Shown: in pieces, positions 50,727 through 61,064 of the stretch
Layout: each line of letters opens with the position of its first letter
How positions within the stretch are numbered: the stretch's first letter is position 1
Source: an uncultured Bdellovibrionales bacterium
GTDB taxonomy: Bacteria; Patescibacteriota; Minisyncoccia; Moranbacterales; UBA1568
Length of the DNA stretch: 64,000 bases
NCBI GenBank assembly: GCA_964436855.1
Contig: CAYTED010000004.1
Span: 3,627-67,626 of the forward strand
Direction of reading: 5' to 3'
The notes under the pieces: generated by a model
Told to the model about the DNA's origin: nothing
The model's input: the letters and a program-made list of their open reading frames with translations, nothing else
Databases searched by the model: none
Made by a program: the position numbers and the translations under genes

Positions 50727-53700
50727 TTACGGAGTTACTTCCTTCCAATTAAAGTCCCGTATCTGGCTTGCCGAGCAGCTTGCATTTACCGAGCTGCCAA
50801 AGAGACCATTGCAGTTCCATACGTAGGTTTGTCCCGATCGGGAGAAGTTTGCAACAGCGCCACCCGAACAGAGATCGGAACTTGAACTTGAAAGCGCCTC
50901 GAAAGAACCTCCGTTTGCTGATCCGCAAGATCCATTTTCAGAGTTGTGCGTGTATTGGGCGGTAACGGTTTCATTCGTATTGATCGTTTGAGTACAGGTG
51001 GTACCCGCCGGACTATCGCAGCCGGCAAAGCTCTGGAAGGTATAGGGGCCACCGGCGGTCGTGGTGATGGTACGTACTTGTCCGGAAGGGATGTTGGATT
51101 CCGAGATGAGGCCTCCTGTTTTTGTGGTGCTCGTCGCATCAATCCAAGAAACGGTTGCAGCGACACTCGGACAATTAAGGCAGCTTGTCTGTCCGGTAAG
51201 AGTGTATTTGTTCTGGATGGCAGAACAGGCATTCGGGAGAGTGCTTATCCCTCCTCCTGAACCTGAACAGCCCCAGGTAAAGCCAGTACTGGTTCCAGTG
51301 AGAATGCCTCCGGTGAGGGTTCCTGTAGCACAAAGTCCGGGAGAAGAAGGTGAGAGCGTATCAAGGGAAAGCCCGTTCGCAGAACCGCAACTCCCATTTA
51401 TAACGGGAGCGATTACCGCTTGAGCGGTGGACCATGTGGAGAATCCCCCCTTACTGTCTTCAGTGCGAACACGGAAGGTGTAAGTATTAGCTGTAGACCA
51501 GAGATAGGGTGGATTACTCAAAGTCTGACCAGTGCCGGATGCGACGTATCCCGGGCTGGGAGCATAGTAGTCGACAATCGTGTCATTGTTCCAGTCAATG
51601 GCGTAGCGAATTGAGTCATTGTCTGGGTCAGTTCCTTGAAAGGTAAAGGGGTAGCTTGTATTGGTGTTGCCACTGAAGGGTTGCGGGGTGATGGTGGGAG
51701 GGGCGGGATTGTTGTTGGTGGAGATGGCGGTCAAGTTGAAGGTGATGGTTTGGGGCGGAATAATAATTGGATCATGATCCGGCCTATCCCATCCCCATGG
51801 GTAGCTTAATCTCGTATCTAAAGAATAGAAGTAGGGGTTATCCCCCAACCAGCAGTCATCTGCATACAAACACCCGTCATTTATATTATTTCCGGCACTA
51901 TCAAACCAATACCCATATCCCATATTTTGAGAACGAGCATAATAAGTACCAAGAAACCTGTTAAAATAGTATAGCCAAAACTTCGCTCGAGTTTGAGGAA
52001 ATTGAACTGAAACAGATATAATGCCAGGTCCGGTTACGGTACAATTGGCTCCCATACAAGCAACGGGTCCGGTAAAATTGAGTTGTGGAGTAGGTGGATG
52101 AACAGAAAAATAATACCAACCAAAATGAGAATCGTCTCTTGGTGGAGCATCTGCATTTTGAGTCCAGTATCCACAGGGAGTATCCCACCCGGATCCGGTA
52201 ATCCACCACTGAATATCACAATTTTGAAGGCCTTTTGGAATAACAGAAAATGTACTACCGACCGGAATGCTATCACCATCATTCAAAAGGGCCGCACCCT
52301 GTTGAATGGATGCGCCGTACAAAACCGAAGCCTGCCCATTCTCGTATGTCGGATCAATGCTTCCCTGCCTTGGAAATCCCAATGGTAGCGATGTCCACGT
52401 CACACTCTTCGCCTCCACTCCTTTCCCCAGAAGTAATCCCGATGAAAGCACGAGAAGGAAAAGCGTCATTTTCATTCCGGTGTTCATCGGAGTCGTCGGT
52501 CCGTTTCCATCCTGATTCTTGTGGTGTCTCCAGATGAGGAAAAGAATTCCTCCGATCGAGAGAAGAGCGATCAGTCCAGAGAATATGGTTTTGTTGTTTG
52601 ATGCTTTGCTCATTGTTCCCTTTCCGTCGTTTTGCGCCCCGGGACACATCTTCGGATCAATATCCTTGCAACGATAGGTTTGGGTGACGGTATCCACCAC
52701 TTTCCCATTGTTCTTGAGGAGAGTGGTCAAATTCACATTGCCGGTTGTTTTCGTCGGAGTGAAAGACTGTTTCACACCCATCATCGCACCAGTAATGGCC
52801 CCTTCGTAGGTATAGGTGTGGATCGTTTCTCCGGTATCGGCATCGGTGAGAGAAAGGGTGATTTCGTTCCCGTCGATCTTCGGGAGATTGGTGCTGTGCA
52901 CACAGGAGAAGAGAGCGTTTTCTTTTCCTTTCTCAATTGGGAAGCTTGTGATGCTTGGGAAGTTCAGGCGCATCTCGGGAATACCCTCTCGAACAAAGCG
53001 AATATTGAGTATCGATGAGGCATCCTGATCCTTTGCTTCAACAAGAAGATAAGAGACCGAACCCTTTGCTTGGGTAGTGGTGTAGGAGAGAGACTTTGTT
53101 TCTTTTCCTTTGAGCGTGACGAGCTCGGTTTTTTGATCAAGTTTGTTGTCTTGACGAAGTCCGTCCCAATTAAAGAGGGTCCAGATGAGTGCGATTGTTT
53201 TTGGTTCACTCGAAGGGTTTATGAGGGTTACTTCTGTCGTCACGGGTTCATCCTTCGTAAAGTGTGGTGGGAATGCGGAAAAGTGGTAGTCTTTCTTGTT
53301 GAGAGTGACGGTGTGTTTGTTGAAGGTTACTTGGTTTTGATTCGATGAAGTAACCTTGAAGCCTGCTTTGTTTCCCGTCACATCATCGGTGAAGGTAAGC
53401 CCCAGGAGATTAAAGCGGTCATTCGTAACAAAGAAGAAATCCGCCTCGTAATCGCCGCCGGAAAGCGTATTGGGAACATCGTAAGAAAACGAGAAATCTT
53501 TCTCGCTTTTTGCGGGGAGAGCGATATCCTTTCCCGCCTCAAAGAAGGCAACCATCGGGTAGCCGTTCTGGTGAATCTTAGAGTCTTCCCCTTCTTTCTT
53601 AAAGATCTTCACATAAACGGAACCGCTGATGATTGGGTAGGGATTGTCATTCTTCAATTTTCCGGTAAAGGTAAGAGGTACGCCAGGAATGGTTTGTGTC

Positions 53701-53978
53701 AACGTTGGCGAGAGATCGACTTGAATGGAACCAAAGTGATAATCATCAAAGCAGTTACTCGTCCCCTCCGGAAGAATGGCTCCTCCGGCGGAAGGTGCGG
53801 GGAGGGCGGTCCGGATCTTCTCTTTTTCTTCGTCGGTAAGAGTGGTTTGGTCTTTTTGCAGGAGAACTCTTACTTCCGGGGAGAGATTCGTGGGTGTTGG
53901 TTTGGAAATCTGCGCAGAGACAGGAAGAGTGAAAACGAAAACACAAAGAAACGCGAATAGAAAAACTTTTTTATTCAT
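50727..53978 (-). CDS. Large secreted/surface protein (about 1080 aa) with signal peptide, an internal hydrophobic hairpin, and repeated Cys-containing C-terminal modules
   Basis: Signal peptide MNKKVFLFAFLCVFVFTLPVSAQI. Mid-protein TM IFSGLIALLSIGGILFLIW followed by a second signal-like segment MKMTLFLLVLSSGLLLGKGVEA. Two approximately 60-aa repeats CGSANG..LC..G...W.C.G......CSA. Confidence 0.6.
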   Translation of the reverse strand: MNKKVFLFAFLCVFVFTLPVSAQISKPTPTNLSPEVRVLLQKDQTTLTDEEKEKIRTALPAPSAGGAILPEGTSNCFDDYHFGSIQVDLSPTLTQTIPGVPLTFTGKLKNDNPYPIISGSVYVKIFKKEGEDSKIHQNGYPMVAFFEAGKDIALPAKSEKDFSFSYDVPNTLSGGDYEADFFFVTNDRFNLLGLTFTDDVTGNKAGFKVTSSNQNQVTFNKHTVTLNKKDYHFSAFPPHFTKDEPVTTEVTLINPSSEPKTIALIWTLFNWDGLRQDNKLDQKTELVTLKGKETKSLSYTTTQAKGSVSYLLVEAKDQDASSILNIRFVREGIPEMRLNFPSITSFPIEKGKENALFSCVHSTNLPKIDGNEITLSLTDADTGETIHTYTYEGAITGAMMGVKQSFTPTKTTGNVNLTTLLKNNGKVVDTVTQTYRCKDIDPKMCPGAQNDGKGTMSKASNNKTIFSGLIALLSIGGILFLIWRHHKNQDGNGPTTPMNTGMKMTLFLLVLSSGLLLGKGVEAKSVTWTSLPLGFPRQGSIDPTYENGQASVLYGASIQQGAALLNDGDSIPVGSTFSVIPKGLQNCDIQWWITGSGWDTPCGYWTQNADAPPRDDSHFGWYYFSVHPPTPQLNFTGPVACMGANCTVTGPGIISVSVQFPQTRAKFWLYYFNRFLGTYYARSQNMGYGYWFDSAGNNINDGCLYADDCWLGDNPYFYSLDTRLSYPWGWDRPDHDPIIIPPQTITFNLTAISTNNNPAPPTITPQPFSGNTNTSYPFTFQGTDPDNDSIRYAIDWNNDTIVDYYAPSPGYVASGTGQTLSNPPYLWSTANTYTFRVRTEDSKGGFSTWSTAQAVIAPVINGSCGSANGLSLDTLSPSSPGLCATGTLTGGILTGTSTGFTWGCSGSGGGISTLPNACSAIQNKYTLTGQTSCLNCPSVAATVSWIDATSTTKTGGLISESNIPSGQVRTITTTAGGPYTFQSFAGCDSPAGTTCTQTINTNETVTAQYTHNSENGSCGSANGGSFEALSSSSSDLCSGGAVANFSRSGQTYVWNCNGLFGSSVNASCSASQIRDFNWKEVTP

Positions 53979-54382
53979 AGTTCTTTTATTATTCTTTTTT
54001 TTACTGTCCATTGACTCCATAATACTCCTCCCTAAGACATTTATGCAAGCCATTTTGGCCCAAATAAAAAACAAAGACGACCTCGCCACTGTTTTTCAAA
54101 CATTTCAGTTCCGCCAAAATCAATCTGTACACAATTCTCCACGACCGCTTATTTTTGCGTACAACGCTCAAGACAACAGTATCAAATCGTGTTCAGCTTC
54201 TATTGGTTCCCGTTACGCCGGAAGTTTTTGTTGATTAGGTTGTATCAATTTGAGACGATCGTTATGTGTTGATATGGTGTTTTTGAAAAAAGATTGAAAA
54301 AGAAGGAAACACAAAAACAGCCCCGGCGGAATGTCGGGACTGTTATTTCATTTCGTCTCACGCCACATTCTTCACCTCTCGT

Positions 54383-55642
54383 TTATTTCTTCATCTTCCG
54401 GCGGATAAAGGCGGGGATTTCAAGATCATCGTCATCCTCCGCGATTTCCTTCACATCATTTCGCGATGTAAACGCGCGCGGCTGAATCTTTTCCTCGATA
54501 ATAAGCGGGGTTGGTTCAATTTTCCGAGTTGGAAACGTTATCCGATCATCAACTTCCGGTTCGGAAAAAACAATCGGAGATTTCATTGTCGCCGCTTCTT
54601 CTTCTCGTTCCATTGCTGTTTTCACGGTAGCAGATGGTGCTTGGGTATTGTTTACCCGGGTCAGCAACCCAGGGGCCTCCTTCACGCGATTCGTATCAAA
54701 ACCGGTCGCGACCACGGTAATTTTAATTTCACCCTTCCGAATTCCCTCATTCACTGCTGTACCGAAAATCACCTTCGCGTTCGGATCGATATTTTCCGTC
54801 ACAAGATTCGCCGCCTCATGCACCTCAAGCATGGTCAAATCAGGACCGGAGATATTCAAGAGTACTCCCTTCGCGCCGTCAATCGAAAGCTCGAGGAGTG
54901 GGCTATTGATCGCCGCTTTGGCCGCCTCACTCGCACGATTGTCACCCGACGCAACACCGATACCCATAAGGGCGCTTCCGCTGTCTTGCATAATGGTTCG
55001 CACATCCGCAAAGTCGACATTCACCTCGCCCGGATTCGTAATAAGATCGGAAATACCCTCAACACCCTGTCGGAGTACATCATCGACAATTCGAAATGCC
55101 GAGACAAGCGTTGTTTTCCGGTCAATAATAGAAAGAAGCCGATCATTCGGAATCGTAATCAACGAATCTACGCGATCTCGCAAATTTTCAAGCGCCTCGT
55201 CGGCAATCGCTCGGCGTTGCGCGCCTTCAAAAGAAAATGGTTTTGTTACCACAGCAACCGTGAGCGCGCCAAGCTCTTTTGCCGTTTCCGCGACAATCGG
55301 GGCCGCACCCGATCCGGTTCCACCGCCAAGACCACACGCGACAAACACCATATCCGCTCCCTTCAATACTTCTTGAATTTCATCGCGATTTTCCTCCGCA
55401 GCTTGACGACCTACCTCCGGATTCATTCCCGCGCCAAGTCCCTTGGTAAGATTTTTTCCGATATGCACTTTTTCATTTGCCTTCGAATGATGAAGCGCCT
55501 GCGCATCAGTATTGATCGCCACAAATTCCACTCCTTTGATTTTCGAATCGATCATTCGTGAAATGGCGTTCCCTCCGGATCCCCCAACTCCCACGACTTT
55601 GATTTTTGCAAATGTTTCTATATCCGGTTTGATTTCTGCCAT
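54383..55642 (-). CDS. ftsZ: Cell division GTPase FtsZ
   Basis: [10 protein letters not shown] tubulin signature. Long C-terminal tail. Confidence 0.95.
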   Translation of the reverse strand: MAEIKPDIETFAKIKVVGVGGSGGNAISRMIDSKIKGVEFVAINTDAQALHHSKANEKVHIGKNLTKGLGAGMNPEVGRQAAEENRDEIQEVLKGADMVFVACGLGGGTGSGAAPIVAETAKELGALTVAVVTKPFSFEGAQRRAIADEALENLRDRVDSLITIPNDRLLSIIDRKTTLVSAFRIVDDVLRQGVEGISDLITNPGEVNVDFADVRTIMQDSGSALMGIGVASGDNRASEAAKAAINSPLLELSIDGAKGVLLNISGPDLTMLEVHEAANLVTENIDPNAKVIFGTAVNEGIRKGEIKITVVATGFDTNRVKEAPGLLTRVNNTQAPSATVKTAMEREEEAATMKSPIVFSEPEVDDRITFPTRKIEPTPLIIEEKIQPRAFTSRNDVKEIAEDDDDLEIPAFIRRKMKK

Positions 55643-55721
55643 ATCGTTCGGCGATTATTGTATATCTCCTTACTGAAAATGAGAAAAAAAGCTTCTTCGG
55701 CTTGTCGGCCACTGTACCACG

Positions 55722-55770
55722 TCAAAAAAACCGATGTCAAGCGGCCACTTCGGTTGTGTTTTTTGTTTTA
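55722..55770 (-). terminator. Hairpin terminator between ftsA and ftsZ
   Basis: aaccgatgtcaagcggccacttcggtt flanked by an A-run and a T-run. Confidence 0.45.
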
Positions 55771-55932
55771 GAGCCTGTCCAAGAAATCCGTATTCTGCTG
55801 CAATTCCATTTTTTTGGCTGCAAAAAGTTCAGATCTCGTCAGGTTATATCTTCATATAGCCCTCCTCCATCTTCACTTTTTTCGCTCAACAACATGGAAT
55901 TTCGCGACGAAAGAGATTTCTTGGACAGGCTC
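55771..55932. repeat. Perfect 18-bp long-range inverted repeat (55771-55788 and 55915-55932) in the ftsA 3' region
   Basis: gagcctgtccaagaaatc and gatttcttggacaggctc. Confidence 0.5.
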
Positions 55933-55949
55933 TTACCGGATTCAGTATA

Positions 55950-57212
55950 TCACGGAAGGAATTTATTGAAAAATTGCTTCGCTTTTTTCCCCATTTCAAG
56001 GGCTTTTTCCGGCATCATATTGAGCATCACCGACGACGCGCCTCCTTGCGAAGCATCAAATCGATGTTCGTATGAAGAAAGGAGCGCGCCAACCGCCGCC
56101 GAACAAAGCGGTGTGTCCACCTGATCAAAAAGTCCGCCAAGCGGCTGCGGTCCACCGATATGTACCGGCAACCGAAGAACATCTTTCGCGAGCTCGATCG
56201 TTCCCGGAAGAAGCATCGTCCCGCCAGTGAGGATTGCACCCCCGGGGAGCAATCCTTCTTTCCCCGCTTGTTTCAATTCATCATTCACGAATTGAAAAAT
56301 CTCTTCGAAGCGCGCTTCAATAATTTCCGCGACATGACGACGCGACACCAATCCTTCTTCATTCGAATCAAATGCGGAAAGATCGATCTCTTCCCGACGA
56401 TCCACACTTTCGGGGAGCGCGTGTCCGTACGCAAGTTTAAGCGCCTCGGCAACTTCTATCGACGTACGCAAACCAATCGCGATATCGTTCGTAATATGAC
56501 CGCCCCCAACCGGAAGCGCGGCAATATGAATCAGCTCCCCTTCCTCAAAAATGGCAATGGAGGTTGTCCCACTTCCCGCAAGCACAAGAACCGATCCAAG
56601 CTCCTTTTGTTTCTCGGTAAGTACAGCCTGTGCGGCAGCGAGCGGTGCTGCTACAAGACCAAGTAGATTCACTTTTGCAATCTCAAACATCCGTGTCACA
56701 TTCCGGTATGCGAGACTCCCCATTCCAATCACAAGCGCATCCACTTCAAGTCGAACCCCCTTCATCCCAATCGGACTCTGGAGGTTTTTCTGATCGTCAA
56801 GCCGATAACTCTTCGGAACAACATAGAGAATTTCTTGATTCGGCGTAAGCGATGCCTTGGAATGCGCCTCGCCAAGCGCGCGATTCACATCGTCTTCGGT
56901 TACCTCTCCATCCGCAAGCGATACCGCAACGACTCCCTGCGCCGATTGCGAAAAAATATCCGCTCCAGAAAACGAAGCGATAACATTTTCCACGCGCACT
57001 CCCGACATTTTTTCCGCCCGTTCTACAGCACTTGCAAGTGCCTTTGCCGCCTCATCAGGGTTAATCACCACTCCTCGCCGGATCCCAGATGCAGAACATT
57101 CTCCGATACCAATAATCCGGAGAACCCCCCGATCTTCATTTTCTTCTCCAATAATAACCCGGACAGTGGATGAGCCGATATCAATACCGGTAAAAATATC
57201 TTTTTTCGCCAT
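55950..57212 (-). CDS. ftsA: Cell division protein FtsA
   Basis: Actin-like ATPase with DIGSSTVRVIIGE. Confidence 0.85.
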   Translation of the reverse strand: MAKKDIFTGIDIGSSTVRVIIGEENEDRGVLRIIGIGECSASGIRRGVVINPDEAAKALASAVERAEKMSGVRVENVIASFSGADIFSQSAQGVVAVSLADGEVTEDDVNRALGEAHSKASLTPNQEILYVVPKSYRLDDQKNLQSPIGMKGVRLEVDALVIGMGSLAYRNVTRMFEIAKVNLLGLVAAPLAAAQAVLTEKQKELGSVLVLAGSGTTSIAIFEEGELIHIAALPVGGGHITNDIAIGLRTSIEVAEALKLAYGHALPESVDRREEIDLSAFDSNEEGLVSRRHVAEIIEARFEEIFQFVNDELKQAGKEGLLPGGAILTGGTMLLPGTIELAKDVLRLPVHIGGPQPLGGLFDQVDTPLCSAAVGALLSSYEHRFDASQGGASSVMLNMMPEKALEMGKKAKQFFNKFLP

Positions 57213-57336
57213 AAGAAAAACGGATGTATCGCCATCCAACAATCATTTTGTTTTTGAATCCCCGAAAGAAGGGCGCCAAAATAGCACGCCTCCTTGAAAA
57301 CAGTATACCTGAAAACGGCTTTTTTCAAAATATTCT

Positions 57337-57693
57337 TCAGATCACGCCAAGGACTTTCGGGAGAAAAATAACGATGCCAACAAGAAAAGAAGCAAGCGCC
57401 GCAACCAACACCGCTCCCGCCATAACATCTTTCGCAACCTTCGCATATGGATGAACGCGAGGCTTGAGCATATCCACCATCCGTTCAAAAGCTGTATTCA
57501 CCAATTCAAGAACAAGAACAATGCCGACCGCCAAAAAAAGAGTGGTTTGTTCAAACACAGAAAGATCGAAAAAAAACGCCAAGAAAAAGACGAGCACCGC
57601 GAAGAGCGCCTCAATCTGAAAATTATGCTCTCGCTTCAGCGCATACAAAATACCCTGCAGAGCATTCCGAAAGCTTCGAAAAAATTGATTCAT
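57337..57693 (-). CDS. dgkA: Diacylglycerol kinase family (DgkA-type) lipid kinase
   Basis: 118 aa, three TM helices, ELVNTAFE motif. Confidence 0.75.
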   Translation of the reverse strand: MNQFFRSFRNALQGILYALKREHNFQIEALFAVLVFFLAFFFDLSVFEQTTLFLAVGIVLVLELVNTAFERMVDMLKPRVHPYAKVAKDVMAGAVLVAALASFLVGIVIFLPKVLGVI

Positions 57694-58166
57694 GACTTTG
57701 CTTTTTTCTGACGTGGTGCGTATGCGGCTGCAATCGCTTCTTGTATCGCAAACATTGTTTCTCCGTGACGAAATCCGAGTAAGTGAAGAATTCCGTGCGA
57801 AAAAACAAATGCCATTTCCTCCTCGGTCGTTACTCCGTCTTCTCGCGCCGCCTCCGTAATAAATGACTCACAGAAAACGACTTCCCCGAGAGAGATTGCT
57901 TTTTGTGTCTCATTTGCAATCGCCTTCCGATTCGGATACTCGTAAAATGAGAGGATGTCCGTTGTCCGGTCTTTCCCTCGCGTTTCCCGGTTGAGCGATC
58001 GGATTTCATCAGCATCGACCGATACGGCACTCACCGAAACCTCTTTCTCCAGCATACCACGAATCTTGCTTCGGTGAAGCGTCTCGGATAAAACCGTTCG
58101 ATAGAAAGACGGCGGAAACAACCTTTTTTTCTTGGTTCGAAAGAGAATATCGAGAGTCACTGACAT
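57690..58166 (-). CDS. ybeY: rRNA maturation endoribonuclease YbeY
   Basis: HGILHLLGFRHGE metal-binding motif. Confidence 0.85.
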   Translation of the reverse strand: MSVTLDILFRTKKKRLFPPSFYRTVLSETLHRSKIRGMLEKEVSVSAVSVDADEIRSLNRETRGKDRTTDILSFYEYPNRKAIANETQKAISLGEVVFCESFITEAAREDGVTTEEEMAFVFSHGILHLLGFRHGETMFAIQEAIAAAYAPRQKKAKS

Positions 58167-58269
58167 AATAATGAATTTTGAATACGAAATTTTAAATCAA
58201 TTTTTAATTTTAAAAATTCGAAATTCAATCAAAATTCAAAATTAAGAAATTGAAAATTTTCTCTCTTTC
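58167..58269. repeat. AT-rich AAATTCGAAATTC/AATTGAAAATT repeat block in the ybeY-yqeY spacer
   Basis: gaattttgaatacgaaattttaaatcaatttttaattttaaaaattcgaaattcaatcaaaattcaaaattaagaaattgaaaatttt. Confidence 0.55.
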
Positions 58270-58722
58270 TTAAGAGAGTATTTTTTCCACCATCGCCCGA
58301 ACCGCGTTCCCGTCCGCGCGTCCCGCAACTTTTTTCATAGCGACACCCATCGCCTTCCCCATATCGGCCTTCCCGATTGCGCCACTCTCCGCAATTGCCT
58401 CCCGAACAAGCGCGGTAAGTTCCTCTTCCGGCATTGCCGTCGGCAAAAAAGCCTCGAGAATCGCAATCTCGCCCTTCTCTTTCTCCGCGAGATCCGCCCG
58501 CCCGCCCGATTCGAACTGTGTCACACTTTCTTTGCGCTGTTTTACAAGCCTCCGAACAACCACGAGCGATTCTTCATCCGAGAAATCCTGCGGTTGCTTC
58601 ATTTTTTCAATCGCCTCGTTTTTCATCGCGCTCTGCAGCATCCGAAAAACATCCCGTTTTGCCGCATCTCCCGATTTCATCGCCTCTTTCAATTGACTCC
58701 CGACCGTTTCATACAGTGACAT
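58270..58722 (-). CDS. GatB/YqeY-domain protein
   Basis: YqeY-like two-domain helical protein. Confidence 0.75.
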   Translation of the reverse strand: MSLYETVGSQLKEAMKSGDAAKRDVFRMLQSAMKNEAIEKMKQPQDFSDEESLVVVRRLVKQRKESVTQFESGGRADLAEKEKGEIAILEAFLPTAMPEEELTALVREAIAESGAIGKADMGKAMGVAMKKVAGRADGNAVRAMVEKILS

Positions 58723-58894
58723 AGATTTTCCATTAGAAGTTCAATCCCTTTCGATTGTAGCCATTTCTCATCAAACTTTCAATGCATCAATGCGCGGAGA
58801 AAATAACGAATAAGACATTCTTGCTTGCGACGATAAAAGGTTACAGAAACCTCGCAGCACAGCAGCTCGCCAAACGCAGGAGTCTTTCATTTTT

Positions 58895-58921
58895 CAACCA
58901 AAAACCCCGATTGCTCGGGGC
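58895..58921 (-). terminator. Rho-independent terminator after rpsI
   Basis: ccccgagcaatcgggg followed by TTTTT on the minus strand. Confidence 0.5.
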
Positions 58922-58941
58922 CTTGAAAATTTGAAAAAAAT

Positions 58942-59376
58942 TTATCGTTTGCTCCACTGTGGCGCGCGACGAGCTTTCTTTAAGCCCGGCTTCTTTCGTT
59001 CTACCGCACGAGCATCGCGAGAAAGAAATCCTGCCGCCTTGAGAAGCGGTCGGAGTCCGAGATCATGCTTCACGAGTGCGCGAGCGATGCCAAGCTTGAC
59101 CGCATCCGCTTGTCCGCTTTTCCCGCCGCCACGAGCAAGAATCGTCGCTCGAAACTGGCCTTCCGCTCCGATTGTCTTGAGTGGGGCGAGCGCAGAAGCT
59201 TCTTCGCGAGTCGTGGTAAAGTAGGTCTTCAGAAGTTTCCCGTTCACGAGAATATCCGAATCCTTTTCCTTTTCGGAAAGAGGAAATAACCGCACTTCCG
59301 CAACGGCCGTCTTTCGTCGCCCAACCGCGTACACATACCGTGTTTCAATTTTCTTCTCCGCTTGCTTCGTTGCCAT
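58942..59376 (-). CDS. rpsI: 30S ribosomal protein S9
   Basis: Sequence and position. Confidence 0.9.
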   Translation of the reverse strand: MATKQAEKKIETRYVYAVGRRKTAVAEVRLFPLSEKEKDSDILVNGKLLKTYFTTTREEASALAPLKTIGAEGQFRATILARGGGKSGQADAVKLGIARALVKHDLGLRPLLKAAGFLSRDARAVERKKPGLKKARRAPQWSKR

Positions 59377-59403
59377 ACGAGTTCTTCGTCAAAAAGTCAA
59401 AAA

Positions 59404-59823
59404 TCAGTGAGTTATATCGATCTTATGCGTATGATCCGCATTTTCAAAAATAAAAAGTCGCTTTAACATCCGATCCCGAAGAAGGTTTTTCGGGAGCATA
59501 TTGTATATCGCCTGATGCACCACTTTCCGAGAATCCCGCTTCATCGCCTCCTTCAGAGTGCGTGAAGTCATACCACCCGGATATCCGCTGTAGTGATGAT
59601 ACATTTTCTGATCCGCTTTTCGTCCGGTCGCCTGTATACCATCGGAATTAATAAGGACGACATAATCTCCCTTATCGAAATTCGGCTCATAATCAACCTT
59701 CACCTTCCCGGAAAGCACGCCCGCAACCTCGGTCGCAAGACGCCCCAAAACCTTCCCTTGCGCATCAAACAAGTGGAATTGCCTTGTAATCGTTCGTTTT
59801 CCCTTCTGTTCGGTAGTTGCCAT
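59404..59823 (-). CDS. rplM: 50S ribosomal protein L13
   Basis: Sequence and position. Confidence 0.9.
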   Translation of the reverse strand: MATTEQKGKRTITRQFHLFDAQGKVLGRLATEVAGVLSGKVKVDYEPNFDKGDYVVLINSDGIQATGRKADQKMYHHYSGYPGGMTSRTLKEAMKRDSRKVVHQAIYNMLPKNLLRDRMLKRLFIFENADHTHKIDITH

Positions 59824-59842
59824 ACGTTTCTTCGCCTCGCAA

Positions 59843-60208
59843 TTATACAAATTCAATGATTGCCATTCTTGCCGCATCTGATTTTCGGGCCTCAAGCTTT
59901 ATTACTCGCGTATACCCGCTTGAACGATCGGAAAACCGATTTGAAAAATCTCCGGAAAGTTTCCGTACCGCCACCTTCGGAAGTCGCGATTCAAGATCCC
60001 GAAGGACGGAGAGTTTTTTCGACTCATCAGCCTTCAGACGCTTTGCCTTTCCAATAAGAGGGTCAATCAGACGCTTCAATTCCTTCGCCTTCGCTTCGGT
60101 CGTCTTGATCTTTTCTTTCAAAATCAAGCTTCCAAGAAGCGTCTTCAGGAGCGCCTTTCGAACCCGTCTCACTCGATTGAATTTTCTTCCAACACTTCGA
60201 TGATTCAT
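59843..60208 (-). CDS. rplQ: 50S ribosomal protein L17
   Basis: Sequence and position. Confidence 0.9.
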   Translation of the reverse strand: MNHRSVGRKFNRVRRVRKALLKTLLGSLILKEKIKTTEAKAKELKRLIDPLIGKAKRLKADESKKLSVLRDLESRLPKVAVRKLSGDFSNRFSDRSSGYTRVIKLEARKSDAARMAIIEFV

Positions 60209-60244
60209 ACGACTTTCACAGACAATCCCGTTTCGATATTCTGA

Positions 60245-60985
60245 TTATGCTTCCGACTTCTTCGCCTTCTTTTTTGGTTGAGCAGCTTCTTCCGCCACTT
60301 CCTTGGTTTCCATGGCAAGCGTCGAGAATTGTTCGATCAAAATCGAAATCGACTTCGCAAACGCTTCTTCCGGAGAAATACTGCCATCGGTAACCACCTC
60401 AAGCGTAATCTTGTCATAGTCCGTTCGTTTTCCGACACGCATATTTTCCACTTCGAAATTCACGCGCTTGACCGGCGTATAAATCGCATCAATCGCAATC
60501 ATGCCGATTTCCTTCTCGCGCTCCTGCTGTTCGACAGTGACGTATCCGATGCCGGACGCGACATCAATCTCCATTTCCAATTCCGCCTTCTTATCCGAAA
60601 GCGTCGCAATTACCTGTTCCGGATTTACCACCTCAACACCAGAAACAGTTTTAATGTCACCCGCTTTCACAACTCCCTCACCCTTTCCCTTAAGTGAGAG
60701 TCGCACCGGACCTTCTTCGGTCATACGAAAACGAACTTGTTTTAAGTTGAGAATGATATGCACCGCATCCTCCATTACTCCCGGAAGAGTCGTAAACTCA
60801 TGAGATACTCCCTTCATCTTTACAGATACTACGGCCGCGCCCTCAAGCGAAGACAAAAGAATTCGCCGAATCGCGTTTCCAAGTGTCGTCCCATATCCCG
60901 GATAACATCCAAGGATTTCAAACTTCCCGTGAGACGGAGCGATTTCCGTATATTTTGGTGCTTGCGGAAGACTGATTTTTTGCAT
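60245..60985 (-). CDS. rpoA: DNA-directed RNA polymerase alpha subunit, N-terminal domain only (no alpha-CTD)
   Basis: 246 aa. The alpha-NTD dimerisation/assembly domain is recognisable. The protein ends in a Lys/Glu-rich tail without the helix-hairpin-helix CTD. rplQ follows 36 nt later. Confidence 0.85.
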   Translation of the reverse strand: MQKISLPQAPKYTEIAPSHGKFEILGCYPGYGTTLGNAIRRILLSSLEGAAVVSVKMKGVSHEFTTLPGVMEDAVHIILNLKQVRFRMTEEGPVRLSLKGKGEGVVKAGDIKTVSGVEVVNPEQVIATLSDKKAELEMEIDVASGIGYVTVEQQEREKEIGMIAIDAIYTPVKRVNFEVENMRVGKRTDYDKITLEVVTDGSISPEEAFAKSISILIEQFSTLAMETKEVAEEAAQPKKKAKKSEA

Positions 60986-61064
60986 ACCTCTTTATTCTCG
61001 GGCAACCTTTCCCTCCATGGATAGGAGCGCAAAGATGGCTGCGATACGATTAAAAAAATTATGA

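Noticed and set aside
50727-54089. Using the first in-frame Met (1120 aa) as the start of the large surface protein
   Set aside because: The first 37 residues precede a textbook signal peptide beginning at MNKKVFLFAFL. The internal Met at 53978 is the more plausible start.
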